A DNA stretch of 38,110 nt from Reclinomonas americana ATCC 50394 (lineage: Eukaryota), in assembly GCA_048213135.1 (NCBI GenBank), contig PS015348.1, positions 25,786-63,895 of the forward strand. Reading direction: 5' to 3'. Shown piece after piece: positions 21,473 to 34,191 of the stretch. Both the position numbers and the translations under genes were made by a program. Under the pieces are notes generated by a model, which worked only from the letters and a program-made list of their open reading frames with translations, ran no database searches and was not told the origin of the DNA. The first letter of the stretch is position 1. The number at the start of each line of letters is the position of its first letter.

Positions 21473-24400
21473 TGGTTGCTGTTGTTGTTGTTGCTGCTGA
21501 GCTTGGTCGCGACGACGTCTGCACTCTGCCAGCCACCCGATGGCATCCTTCGTATCCGAATCCTCTTCACCAAGCACCGCTCGCCGACCATCCACACACT
21601 CCACCAGCAGTGCCTCTGCCTCGGCCCATCGCTGCTGCTTGGTGAGCACAATGCCATAACCGTACATTGTCACCAACGTGAACTCATGCCTGTCTCCCAT
21701 CACTTCACGTCGTCCCTCCAAGCACTGACGGTACAAATCACCGGCTTCCGCCAGCGATTCGCGTGTATCTTGATGCTCGAGAGAAACAGCAAGATTGTTC
21801 ATCGAAGCAAGAGTGTCCGGATGTCGATCTCCCAGCGATGCTTGCCTCAACTGCAGGCAGTCTCGAATCAACTGAACTCTTTCCTCCAGGCGACTGCTAT
21901 CTCGAATACATGAGGCGACATTGTTCATGGACACCAAGGTGTCGGGATGCTCAGCTCCAAGAACCAATCGTCTCACCTCCCAGCACCGTCGATGCAGTGT
22001 TCCAGAATCGGAATATCGTTTGCGATTAAAGTGGTGTCTTCCCTGCCAGTGCAGCGTCCACAGCGAGTCCGGATGACTCTCACCCAGTGTCGCACACTGC
22101 CGCTCATGACACTGCACCAGCAGCGGCAAGTTGCTCGAATCGTAAGCGAACCACATCAGGCACCGCAACGCATCAATCCTATCCAGCACAGTCATCTCGC
22201 CACTGCCATCCCTCTCCCACTCCTCGCACAAATGCCACGCCTGTTGCCACGCTACGTTACGCTCGTCCAACTGACGAAGCATATTAAACAACCACGCACG
22301 ACATTTTGCCACACCATTGACCAACCGTCGTTGCAGTGGACTCATCGCAACGTCACCATCGGCACGTTGTACACACTCCGTCACGCGTCGCACAATCGAT
22401 AAGGCCACTGCTGTGTCGAATCCCACCGAAGGCATTCCTCCCATGCCACACAATCCAGCTATCCACTCCACCGCCCCACACTGCACCAACAGCCCATTCA
22501 CACCAGCAGCATCACTCGCCCACATGCCATCATCCTCGCCCAACCGTCGCCACACCGTGTGCAGCATACTGAGCAAGTCACGTGACACCAATAGCACACC
22601 GTCGCTGTCATTCCACATATCAATGCCATTCAGCACACAACACACCAGTCGCACAATCAGTCGCTGCGCCCTCGACACTGCACTTCCACACCGACCCACA
22701 ATCCACCCAGCAATCTCATCGTGCACTCGATACTCCACAACCACACTACCACTCTCCCCCACCTGCTCACCACACAACACACGGGCCACACTGTCCATGC
22801 TGCTACTGACACCCACTGTGGCCAGATTTGACAAACACAGACCCTCCAGCACATCCTCCACTCCTTCGCCATCACCACCACCCACCAACTCATTGCGCCG
22901 TGAACGCACTCGCTGCTCCTCCTCCTCACTCATCTCGTCAAACTGTAGTCGCTCACCCACCACCTCGGGTGCACGCTGCCGTCTCTCCCGTGCCAGCGCA
23001 TGCAGTCGCAGTCGACGCACACATTGACCCAACTCCACCAGTCGACCTGCCGCCTCTTCATCTTCATCGGCACTCCCAGAGGTGGTCATATCGGGGATCA
23101 CTCGCAACACACCCAGTGCCACTCGTGCGAGTGCCACTGTCACTGGCAAGCCGAGTTCCTTGCACGCCGTGATCAGCAGCAACACACGACGTGCTGCTGC
23201 TGTCTGCGACATCACATTGCGTTCCAGCAGCTGCGACAGCGCGTCACTACCAATGCCACGCAGCACCTCCTCCAGTTGCGCTCCCACCAGCTGTGCTGCT
23301 GATTGTGACAGCAACCAGCTGCATGATGAACAAGAGAAAGAAAAGAGTGAGTCTTCTCATCCACACAACTCACTCTCACTGAGACTCACTCACCCAACAC
23401 AAGCACTCACTCGCAGTGCACTCTTCTCCTGCTGTCCACTTTCCAGAGCCTCCACAATCCGTCGTCGTACATCCACCGACACCTTGTGAAGCAGTCGCTC
23501 CTCCACCAGCTGCGCAATGTCCTCGTTCTCCACATCTACCACCCGCACACACTCCACCTCTGTCTCGTGCATCATCGAATCACGAATCTCATCTGCCACT
23601 TGTTCATATCGACTCGTCACCACCACAATCGGTGCCACCATTCCATCTGCACAGACACATAATGATGCACATCGAGTCAGGATCCAACATGCAAGCAAGA
23701 ATGAGAATTCTGTCACACATGACGACACGTACCCTCATCAGCACATTGAACAACACTCCTCACTTGCTCCGCCAATCCCACGTTGTCCAGCACCATCACG
23801 CCACTCGATGCATGCATCAACTGCCACAGAAGACGACGCACTGGCTCCACCTCGCCACTCGCCAGCAGCGCATCCACCTGACCGGCCATTCTTCTCCCCT
23901 TCACTTCATCCACTCGCATCTGCGCCGTCACAAAGGCGCGCAGACACTCGCCCAGTGCACTCTCCGCCTGCAGCATGCAGCATAACGAGAGGGAAAGAGT
24001 CAGAATGACACGTCAGAAGAGATGACGCAACATGAAAGACAACATGCATTTTTCTCAGCACACCTTCACATGCTCCGTCGCATCACCCACATGCCCGCGC
24101 ATCTCCACCGACACGGCCGATCCCTTCCATCGACGAGTCGCCAGCAACTCGGTCACCAGCAGCTCGGCCAGGAACGACTTGCCAGTGCCACCATCTCCCG
24201 TCAACATCACCATGATTGGATGGTGTGCTGCGCAAGAATCATCCACCACAGACAACATGATGAGACACATGAATGAGGAGAAGGTAGGCAGGGGAGAAAG
24301 AGAAGGAACACCCAACCTTTAACACCATCCACAATGCGTGTAGCGAGTGAAGCGGCCAGTGCACGTCGACTCGGGAAGCGGAACGCGGTCACTGGATTGA

Positions 24401-25863
24401 CGGTGCGGGCGATGAGCGGTGTCTTGGGTGGGCGATTGCTGTCTGGTGATGTGTGGCACAAGGAGAGTGAGCAAATGAGCACAGCAATGCACATTCCATG
24501 CAGGTCCATAATGGAACACACCTGCAGCTGGAGACGAAAGAGGCGAGATGCTTATTGTGTCAAGCCGTTGGTGCACTCGCTCCATCTCGACTCGAATCTA
24601 TCCATCACACGCAAGTGAGAAACAATCAGCCATAAGCACGCGACCGCCTCCCTCATGCATTCCCACTCAACCTGCTCCACATTGGCTGCTATCGATACCT
24701 GATCTGCTTGACTCAGCGCACCTGCATTCACACACAGCCAAGGCAGCATCAGCTTCCACATTCAATCATATCATCCACAGACATGCACCAGCCATCACTC
24801 TCTTCACTCACCATCACGAGCCTCGTTCAGTTGCACCACCAATTCCTCCTCCACATCCCTGCCAATCTGCAGTCGCCGCACAAGCTGGTGCAACTCGCCC
24901 TCTCCTCCTCCTCCGTCACCGAGCAGAGGCACAAAGAGCGCACGAGCTCGTGCAGGACTCGCCTGCTCAAACATCTCCATCATTCGCTCAATCGCATTGC
25001 GCTGTGTGACAATGAGAGAGTGATAGGTACAATCACACAGAGAGGGATATCACACTCCTCTCTCTCCAATCTCAGTCTCACACACTCACCACATCGCCAG
25101 CTGGAATCAGACGATCCGGCTCGTCACTCGGGTGTTCTCGATGACCCGCCAACAGCAAGATCGAACAGCACAGCATCGCATCAAACGAACTGCAGTCATA
25201 CAGCTGGCCTCGCTGACACCACTCGCACACCATCTGCTGCTCCTTTTCATCGTTCAACTGGACACACAGGTCCACTCCGTCTGGCATGGTGCTGCAATTG
25301 GGAAGAAGGCACAAAGAAAGAGAGGATGCTGGTGAGTGAGGGAATGTGTGTGACAAGAAAGAGGAGGCATTTATCAGGGATAGAATGTGGAGTCGTGTGG
25401 TGAGACATGAAGAGTGCGAGAATGGGGAGAAAGGGATGACCAGAGCATCACCATCTGCCAATGGCTTATGACAATCTCTTCCTCTCTAATTCACATCTCC
25501 ATCTGCATCTTGTCATTGTGTGCCTCCATCTTCCCCACACACACTCACCGCACATCACGCTCACTCGGCGCCTTGCTCCACTCATCGACGTGATTCACAT
25601 CGGGATACGAATCGAGAAACGCCGGCAGCACTTGCTCGAGTTTGGATTGCAGAGCGCGGGTGCATGGACGAGACAGGGCCTTGGCAAGGCGCATCATACA
25701 TTCTTCATCACCAGCATCGTGATGATGACTGCGCGAGGGAGAGAGGAGGAGAGGGAACGAATCACACACAATGTGAGAATGATGATGATGATGCATCTGA
25801 CAACAACACAATGAGAGAGAGACACGCACGCAACTCATGCGACACTCCACTCCCACTCGCCAT
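21380..25863 (-). CDS. STAND (NB-ARC-like) ATPase-TPR receptor, copy A, about 10 exons, with polyQ tail and CaaX
   Basis: Walker A GDGGTGKS (24175-24198), Walker B VMVLDNV..AEQVR, sensor VVVTSR, kinesin-light-chain-type TPRs (LGxxHPDTLxSMNN), ending QQQ..RSKCSLM*. Internal exons splice in phase. The start (MASGSG at 25863) is tentative. Confidence 0.82.
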
Positions 25864-25926
25864 GATGACGCGTCACAACTAGATGAAGAAGAACAGCACA
25901 ATGACAGATGCACAGGGGATGACACA

Positions 25927-25974
<48 letters not shown>

Positions 25975-26387
25975 NNNNNNNNNNNNNNNNNNNNTTCTGT
26001 CACAATAAGAAGCGGAGAAATGCAACAACGCACGCTCCTTCTCCTCCTTTCTCTCTCTTGCACACACACACAGTGGGGAATGACACTGACACACAACAGA
26101 ACAGAGAACACACAAGCTCACTTCCGCTCACAGCAGCAGTAACAGACTTTGTTGTCAACCAAACGAATGAACCATTGAAGTCCAGTCTCTCTCTCCTCTT
26201 CTCCGCTCTCATGCGCCGCGCCACTCACGATGACAGCGATGACGACGACGACGAAGAACCCGAGTCACTGCTGACACGCAAACGACGCATTCGCATGCCC
26301 ACACCTCCTCTTCCACCAATGCTTCCCCGCCTCCTCCCGTGCTGCTGCCTCCACCGCCAGTGCTGCCACCAATGGGTTTGTCTGTGT

Positions 26388-26419
<32 letters not shown>

Positions 26420-26588
26420 CAAGGAAGGAGAGGATGTTGGTCTATTTCGATGTTCCCCTTCACTCTCTCACTCCTCTCACTCTCTTCTCTCCCACACAGC
26501 CTCGTCGGCGGCATTGTCAGCACCGCCTGCCTCGGCATCTTCTGATGGACGACTCTCTCGATGAACCGCGCGATCTTGACAACATGCA

Positions 26589-27382
26589 TTCGAGCTTGGC
26601 CGAGTTGGTGATGTGCTTCCCCGAAGATCTTCCACCTGCTGAAGGACCTGGACAAGGTGCGTGCATCCGCGAGATCAGCAAGCACACGCCCGAACTCGCA
26701 CAACTGGTGGTGTCTTCGGGTGCTCTCGGAGTCATTGTCGACTACGTGGGCGAGACCAACGGCAACAACCGTCTGCCGGGCATCATGAGACTCTCGGCTA
26801 CATCGCCGCCATTCTCCGACGCCCTCGCACAACACGTGATTGCCAATGGCGGCGTGGTGCCGCTGGCGCAGGCACTGGACTCGGAGAAGGAGGATCATTT
26901 GCGAGCGGCGGCCGCCTGGTCACTGGGTCAGATTGGTCGCCACTCGTCCGAGCACTCGAAGGCCGTCACCGACGCCGAGGTGTTGCCGCTGCTGCTCGAT
27001 GCGTTCCTCGACCCGCAATCGTCGGACGATCTGAAGACCAAGGCCAAGCGCGCACTCGTCGGTGGTGCAAAAATGCCTCCACTTGCCGGCGCTGCAACCA
27101 CTGCTCTCGCGCGCCCCCGTCAACATCCTCACACACGTCACTGGTCAGTACGCCAAGGTGCTGCCGGGCGATCGGACAGCAAGACGAGCGTTTGTGTCGG
27201 ATGGTGGACTGGGGATGCTGCAACGCATTTCCGAGCACGCACCCGAGGGCTCTGAGTTGCAGTTTTGTTTCTTCCTCACTGCTCTCTCCCACTCTCTTTG
27301 CTCGTGTGCTCATCATGATTGCTCGTGTTACAGAAAGAACATTGACACGATCGACGCATGAGACGCCGACGAGATTGTCAAG
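26589..27382 (+). pseudogene. SPAG6: 5'- and 3'-truncated SPAG6 duplicate
   Basis: Close copy of about 16705-17523 including the intron, with several indels, a 2-nt deletion near 27057 and a TGA near 27359. Confidence 0.85.
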
Positions 27383-27974
27383 CATGCTTTTTTTCTCGAG
27401 CTCGAACCGATTGCCGTGATATCGATGCCTCATTCGAGATGGCGATCATTATGTAGGTGGTTTACTCTTTGGAACAGGAAGAGTTGCTCCTGCTGCTGTT
27501 GCAAACAAGACGATGCTAGCCACCACCGATATGAGCCTCACCAACAACATGACAAGCTCTCTTTACGTTTAGCCTCACCACCAACGACAACGCCTCCACT
27601 GCTTTGCTTTGCTTGCTTCTCGGATCTGGACCCGGCTTTGCTTTGTTTACCTGGCTTATGGCCTTTTCCCGAAATTCGATGTGCCGTGTACGATCGCAGA
27701 AAACGCTATGCGTCTATGCAAGTGCATCGAATCCACTGGTCAACCACGCTTATGCGGTGAAGATCGCAGTTCTCGACTTGTTCAGATCTCCGAGAGCGAA
27801 CACACACACACAGCTACTGCCTCAAGATTAGTGTTTGTGTTGATTTTTTGGATACGGTTGAACTTGGTCATCAAGACAGCTATTGCTTGTTTGTTGGTGA
27901 ATGAAGTTGTTGTTGTTGTCTCTCGCGGCCAACGAGCAAACTACGTGACTGACATTCGATCGCAAATAACTACT

Positions 27975-28071
27975 TTACATCAATGAACATTTGCTTCTCT
28001 GCGGTCTTCTCTCGGGGCCGGCGGCAACGGCATCATGTGGTTGCTGCTGCTGCCGCTTCTGCTGCTGTTGC

Positions 28072-28138
<67 letters not shown>

Positions 28139-31100
28139 GCTGATCACGGCGGCGTCGACACTCTGCTAGCCACTCGATGGCATCCACAGTCCTCGGATTC
28201 TCTTCACCAAGCACCGCTCGCCGACCATCCACGCACTCCATCAGCAGTGCCTCTGCCTCGGCCCATCGCCGCTGCTTCGCGAGCAGAATGCCGTAGTTAT
28301 ACATTGTCAACAATGTGTCATCGTGCCTGTCACCAAGCACCTCACGTCGTCCCTCCATGCACTCACGGTACAAATCAGCGGCTTCCGCCAGCGATTCGCG
28401 TGTATTTTGATGCTCGAGAGAAACAGCAAGATTGTTCATCGACAAGAGAGTGTCCGAATGTCGATCTCCCAGCGTTGCCCGTGTCAAGCGCAAGCATTCT
28501 CTATTCAGTTGAACCCTTTCCTCCAGGCGACTGTCATCTTTGATGCATACGGCAAAATTGCCCATGGATGCCAACGTGTCTGGGTGCTCAGCTCCAAGAA
28601 GCAGTCGTCGCATTTCCCAGCATCGTTTATCAAGTGGCTCAGCATCAGCAAATTGCTTTAGATTCTTGTGATGATAAGCTTGCCAGTGCAGCCTCCACAG
28701 AGAGTCCGGATGACTTTCACCCAATGTCGCACACTGCCGCTCATGACACTGCATCAACAACGGCAAGTTGCTTGAATCATAAGCAAACCACATCAAGCAG
28801 CGCAGTGCGTCAATCCGATCCAGCACAGTCATCTCGCCACTGTCATCTCTCTCCCACTCCTCGCACAAATGCCACGCCTGCTGCCACGCTGTATGGCAGT
28901 CATCCCACTGACGTAGCAACTCGAACAGCCACGCATGACACCGTGCCATCACAATGGCGAACCGTCGTCGAACTAAACTCGTCTCAACATCACCATCTCC
29001 ACGTTGTCCACATTGAGTCATGCGTCGCACAAGCGACGAGGCCTTCGCGTCGTCGAATCCGATAGAAGGCAGTTTCCCCTTGACACACTGCTCACCAATC
29101 CACTCCACCGCCCCGCACTGCACCAGCAGCCCATTCACGCCAACTGCATCACTCGCCCACATGCCGTCATCCTCGCCCAACCGTCGCCACACTGTGTGCA
29201 GCACACCGAGCAAGTCACGCGACACCAACAGCACACCGTCGCTGTCATTCCACATATCAATGCCATTCAGCACACAACACACCAGTCGCACAATCAATCG
29301 CTGCGTCCGTGACACGGCATCTCCGCAGCGTCCCACAATCCACCCAGCAATCTCATCGTGCACTCGATACTCCACACCACTCCCTCCCACCTGCTCACCA
29401 CACAGCACACGAGCCACACTGTCCATGCTGCCACTGACACCCACCGTCACCAGATTCGACAAGCACAGACCCTCCAGCACAGACTCCACTCCGTCGTCAA
29501 CACCACCAACAATCACCAACTCATCACGCCGTGCCTGAACTCGCTGCTCCTCTTCCTCACTCATCTCGTCAAACTGCAGTCGCTCACCCACCACCTCCGG
29601 TGCACGTCGTCGCCTCTCTTGTGCCAGCTCATGCATGCGCAGTCGACGCACACACTGACCCAACTCCACCAGTCGACTTGCCGCCTCTTCATCTTCATCA
29701 CTACCACCCACAGCCGCCGTCATATCGGGAATCACTCGCAGTACACCCAGTACCACTCGTGCGAGTGCCACTGTCACTGGCAAGCCGAGCTCCTTGCACG
29801 CCGTGATCAGCACCAGAAGACGACGTGCTGCTGCTGTCTGTGACATCACATTGCGCTCCAGCAGCTGCGACAGTGCATCACCACCAACGCCACTCAGCAC
29901 CTCCTCCAGTCGCGCTCCCACCAGCTGTGCTGCTGATTGTGACAACAACCAGCTGCATGACGAGGAAGAAGAGAAATAAGACCTCTTCTTCGCACAAATC
30001 ACTCTCACTCAATCACTCACCCAACACACGCATTCACTCGCAGTGCACTCTTCTCCTGCTGTCCACTCTCCAGCGCCTCTACAATCCGTCGTCGCACATC
30101 CACCGACACCTTGTGAAGCAGTCGCTCCTCCACCAGCTGCGCAATGTCCTCGTTCTCCACATCCACCACCCGGACACACTCCACCTCCGCCTCGTGCATC
30201 ATCGAGTCACGAATCTCATCCGCCACTTGTCCATATCGACTCGTCACCACCACAATCGGTGCCACCATTCCATCTGCACAAAGGCACGCACATGATGCAC
30301 ATCAAGTCAGGATCCGACAACCAAGCAAGAATGAGAATTCTGTCACCCATGACGACACGTACCCTCATCACCACATTGAACAACACTCCTCACTTGCTCC
30401 ACCGATCCGACATTGTCAAGCACCAACACTCCACTCGATGCGTGCATTAGCTGTCGCAGGAGACGACATGCTGGCTCCACCTCGCCGCTTGCCATCAGCG
30501 CATCCACCTGACCGGCCATCCTTCGTCCCTCCATTTCATCCTTCCGCATCTGTGCCGTCACAAAGGCACGCAGACACTCGCCATGAGCACTATCCGCCTG
30601 CAGCATGGCGAGAGGGAAAGAGTCAGCATGACAACAGAAGGAGAACGGCACAACATGACAAGAAAACATGCATGCTCGTCTGCACACACCTTTACATGCT
30701 CCCTCGCATCACCCACATGACCACGCATCTCCACCGACACGGCCGATCCCTTCCACCGACGAGTCGCCAGCAGCTCGGTCACCAGCAGCTCGGCCAGGAA
30801 CGACTTGCCAGTGCCACCGTCACCCGTCAGCACCACCATGATTGGATGGCGTGCTGCGCAAGAATCATCCACCACAGACAATACGATGAGACACGCGAAT
30901 GTGGAGAAGGAAGGGAGGGAGGAAGAGAAGGATCAATCAACCGTCGGAAGCTTCCACAATGCGCGTGGCGAGTGAGGCTGCCAGTGCACGCCGACTGGGG
31001 AAGCGGAATGTGGTCACTGGATTGACAGTGCGGGCCACGAGCGGTGTCTTGAGTGGTCTACTGCTGTCTGGTGCTGTGTGGCACAAGGAGAGTGAGCAAA

Positions 31101-32515
31101 TGAGCACAGCAATGCACATTCAATGCAAGTCCATCATGGAACACACCTGCTGCAGAAGGAGAAAACGGGGAGACGCTCATTGTGCTCAACTGCTGTCGCA
31201 TAAGCTCCATCTGCATATTCACAGTATACACTTCCATCCGAATCTGATCAATCACACGCAAGTGAGAAACAATGAGCCATCTTCAAGTAACCGCTTCCTC
31301 ATGCATTCCCACTCAACTTGCTCCACATTGGCTGCTATCGATGCCAGATCTGCTTGACTCAGTGCACCTGCATCCACACACAGCCAGACAGCATCAGATT
31401 CCACATTCAATCAAATCATCCACACACAAGCACCAGCCATCTCTGATCTCTCTCCACTCACCATCACGCGCCTCGTTCAATTGCACCACCAATTCCTCCT
31501 CCACATCCCTGCCAATCTGTACCTGCCGCACAAGCTGATGCAATTCGCCTTCTCCTCCTCCTCCGGCACCGAGCAGAGGCACAAAGAGTGCACGAGCTCG
31601 TGCAGGATTCGCCTGCTCGAACACCTTCCTCATTCGCTCAATCGCATTGCGCTGTGACAATGAGAGAGTGAGAGACACAATTACACAAGAGGGAGATCAC
31701 ACTCCTCCTCCTCCTCCTTCCCATTCATACACACTCACCACATCGCCAGCCGGAATTAGACGATCCGGCTCGTCTCTCGGGTGCTCTCGATGCCCCGCCA
31801 ACAGCAAGATCGAACAGCACAGCATTGCATCAAATGAACTGCAGTCGTGCAGCTGGCCACGCTGACGCCACTCGCGCACCGTCTTCCGTTCCTTCTCGCT
31901 CAACTTGACACACATGTCCACTCCGTCTGGGATGGTGCTGCATGTGGGAAGAAGGCACAAGGAAAGAGAGGATGCCGGTGAGTGTGGGAATGTGTGACGA
32001 GAAAGAGGGATTCATCAGGGATAGAATGCGGAGTCGTGTGAGGCGAGACAATGAAGAGTGCGAGAATGGGGAGAAAGGGAAGACCACAGCTTCACCATCT
32101 GCCACTTGCTTGTTCTCTTATCTCTTCTCTCCCATTCACATCCATTCTGCATCTTGGCATCGTGTGCTCCCATATCCTTCCGCACACACACTCACCGCAC
32201 ATCACGCTCACTTGGCGCCTTGCACCACTCTGCGACATGATTCACACCGGGATATGAATCGAGAAACGCCGGCAGCACTTGCTCCAGTTTGGATTGAAGA
32301 GCGCGAGTGCATGGACGAGACAGTGCTTTAGCAAGGCGCATCATGCATTCCTCATCACCGGCATCGTGATGACTGCACGAGGGAGGAGAGGAGAAGAGTA
32401 ACAGGGAACAAATCACACACAATGTGAGAATGATGATGATGATGATGCATCTGACAACAACACAATAAGAGAGAGAGACACGCAACTCACGCGGCACTCC
32501 ACTCCCACTCGCCAT
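27975..32515 (-). CDS. STAND (NB-ARC-like) ATPase-TPR receptor, copy B
   Basis: Same exon layout as copy A; GDGGTGKS, VLVLDNV, VVVTSR, TPRs, a longer polyQ and RSKCSLM*. No stop seen in the inferred exons. Start tentative. Confidence 0.82.
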
Positions 32516-32579
32516 GATGATATGCCACAATGCGAAGAACAGCAACAGCGCACAGACAGATGCACAGGGGAATGACACG

Positions 32580-32610
<31 letters not shown>

Positions 32611-33181
32611 ACAATAAGAAGCGGAGAAATACAACAACTCACTCTCTTTCTCTTCTCCTTTCCTCTCTCTTGCACACACACACACAGTGGGGAATGATAC
32701 TGACACAGAACGAGAACAGAGAACACAAGCTCACGTCTGCTCACAGCAGCAGCAGCAACAGAACTTGTTGTCAACCAAACGAATGAACCACTGAAGTCCT
32801 GCCTCTTCCCTTCTCCGCTCTCATGCGACGTGCCACTCACGATGACAGCGATGACAGCAATGACGACGATGACGAACCCGAGTCACTGTTGACACGCAAA
32901 CGACGCATTCGCATGCCCACACCTCCTCTTCCACCAATGCTTCCCTCGCCTGCTCCCGTGCTGCTGCCTCCTCCTCCTGTGCTGCCATCAATGGGTTTGT
33001 CTGTGTGTGCAAAGAGAGAGAGAGAGAGGATGTTGTTCTATTCCTCTGTTCCTGCTCTCCTCTCTCACTCTCCCTGTCCCTCACATACACTGTCTCGTCA
33101 GTGGCCTTGTCAGCACCGCCTGTCTCGGCATCGTCTCATGGACGATCCTCTCGATGAACCACGCGATCTCGACGACATGCA

Positions 33182-34048
33182 TTCGTCCTTGGCCGAGTTG
33201 GTGATGTGCTTCCCCCAAGATCTTCAACCTGCTGAATGACCTGGACGAGGTGCGTGCATCCGCGAGATCAGCAAGCGCACGCCTGAACTCGCGCAACTGG
33301 TGGTGTCTTCGGGTGCTCTCGGGAGTCATTGTCGACTACGTGGGCGAGACCAAGGGCAACAACCGCCTGCCGGGCATCATGTGACTCTCGGCTACATTGC
33401 CGCCTTCTCCGACGCCCTCGCACAACACGTGATTGCCAATGGCGGCGTGGTGCCGCTGGCGCAGGCACTGGACTCGGAGAAGGAGGATCATTTGCGAGCG
33501 GCGGCCGCCTGGTCACTGAGTCAGATTGGTCGCCACTCGTCGGAGCACTCCAAGGCCGTGACCGACGCCGAGGTGTTGCCGCTGCTGCTCGATGCGTTCC
33601 TCGACCCGCAATAGTCGGACGACCTGAAGACCAAGGCCAAGCGCGCACTCAAGTCGGTGGTGCAAAAATGCTTGCATCTGCCTGCGCTGCAACCACTGCT
33701 CTCGCGCGCGCCGGTCAACATTCTCACACACGTCACTGGTCAGTACGCCAAGGTGCTGCCGGGCGATCGGACAGCAAGACGAGCGTTTGTGTCGGACGGT
33801 GGGCTGGAGATGCTGCAGCGCATTTCCGAGCACGCACCCGAGGGCTCTGAGTTGCAGTTTCGTTGCTCTTCTTCACTGCTCTCCCTCTCTCTCTTTGCTC
33901 GTGTGCTCATCATGATTGCTCGTGTTACAGAAAGAACATTGACACGATCAACGCATGCTACCCCGACGAGATTGTCAAGTACTACTCACCTGGCTTCTCC
34001 AAGAACTTTGACAAGCTCATTGACAACTACGCACGGCCACTCGAGTAA
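33182..34048 (+). pseudogene. SPAG6: 5'-truncated SPAG6 duplicate
   Basis: Same 5' breakpoint and deletions as the 26589 copy; +1 and +2 insertions; TCG>TAG at 33612-33614. Confidence 0.88.
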
Positions 34049-34191
34049 TAATTACCACGACGACAACAGCATGAACAGCTTGTTGGTTGGTGTTGTGAAT
34101 GGTTGATCTCTTTTCCCGCAATGAAAAGTGTACATTGTTTCTGTCAGTGTCCTCTCCCTTGTTGTTGTTGTTTGTTGAAGAAGATGTGGCG

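Noticed and set aside
21520-22070. Diversity-generating retroelement behind the TPR/WD40 variation
   Set aside because: No reverse transcriptase or template repeat is present, and I saw no adenine-specific substitution pattern.
21380-22100. Kinesin light chain ortholog
   Set aside because: The TPRs are KLC-type, but they are attached to a STAND ATPase and no KLC heptad region is present.
26490-26545. HSLVGGIVSTACLGIF resembling an ammonium-transporter helix
   Set aside because: It is too short, is followed by a stop, and has no other transporter motifs nearby.
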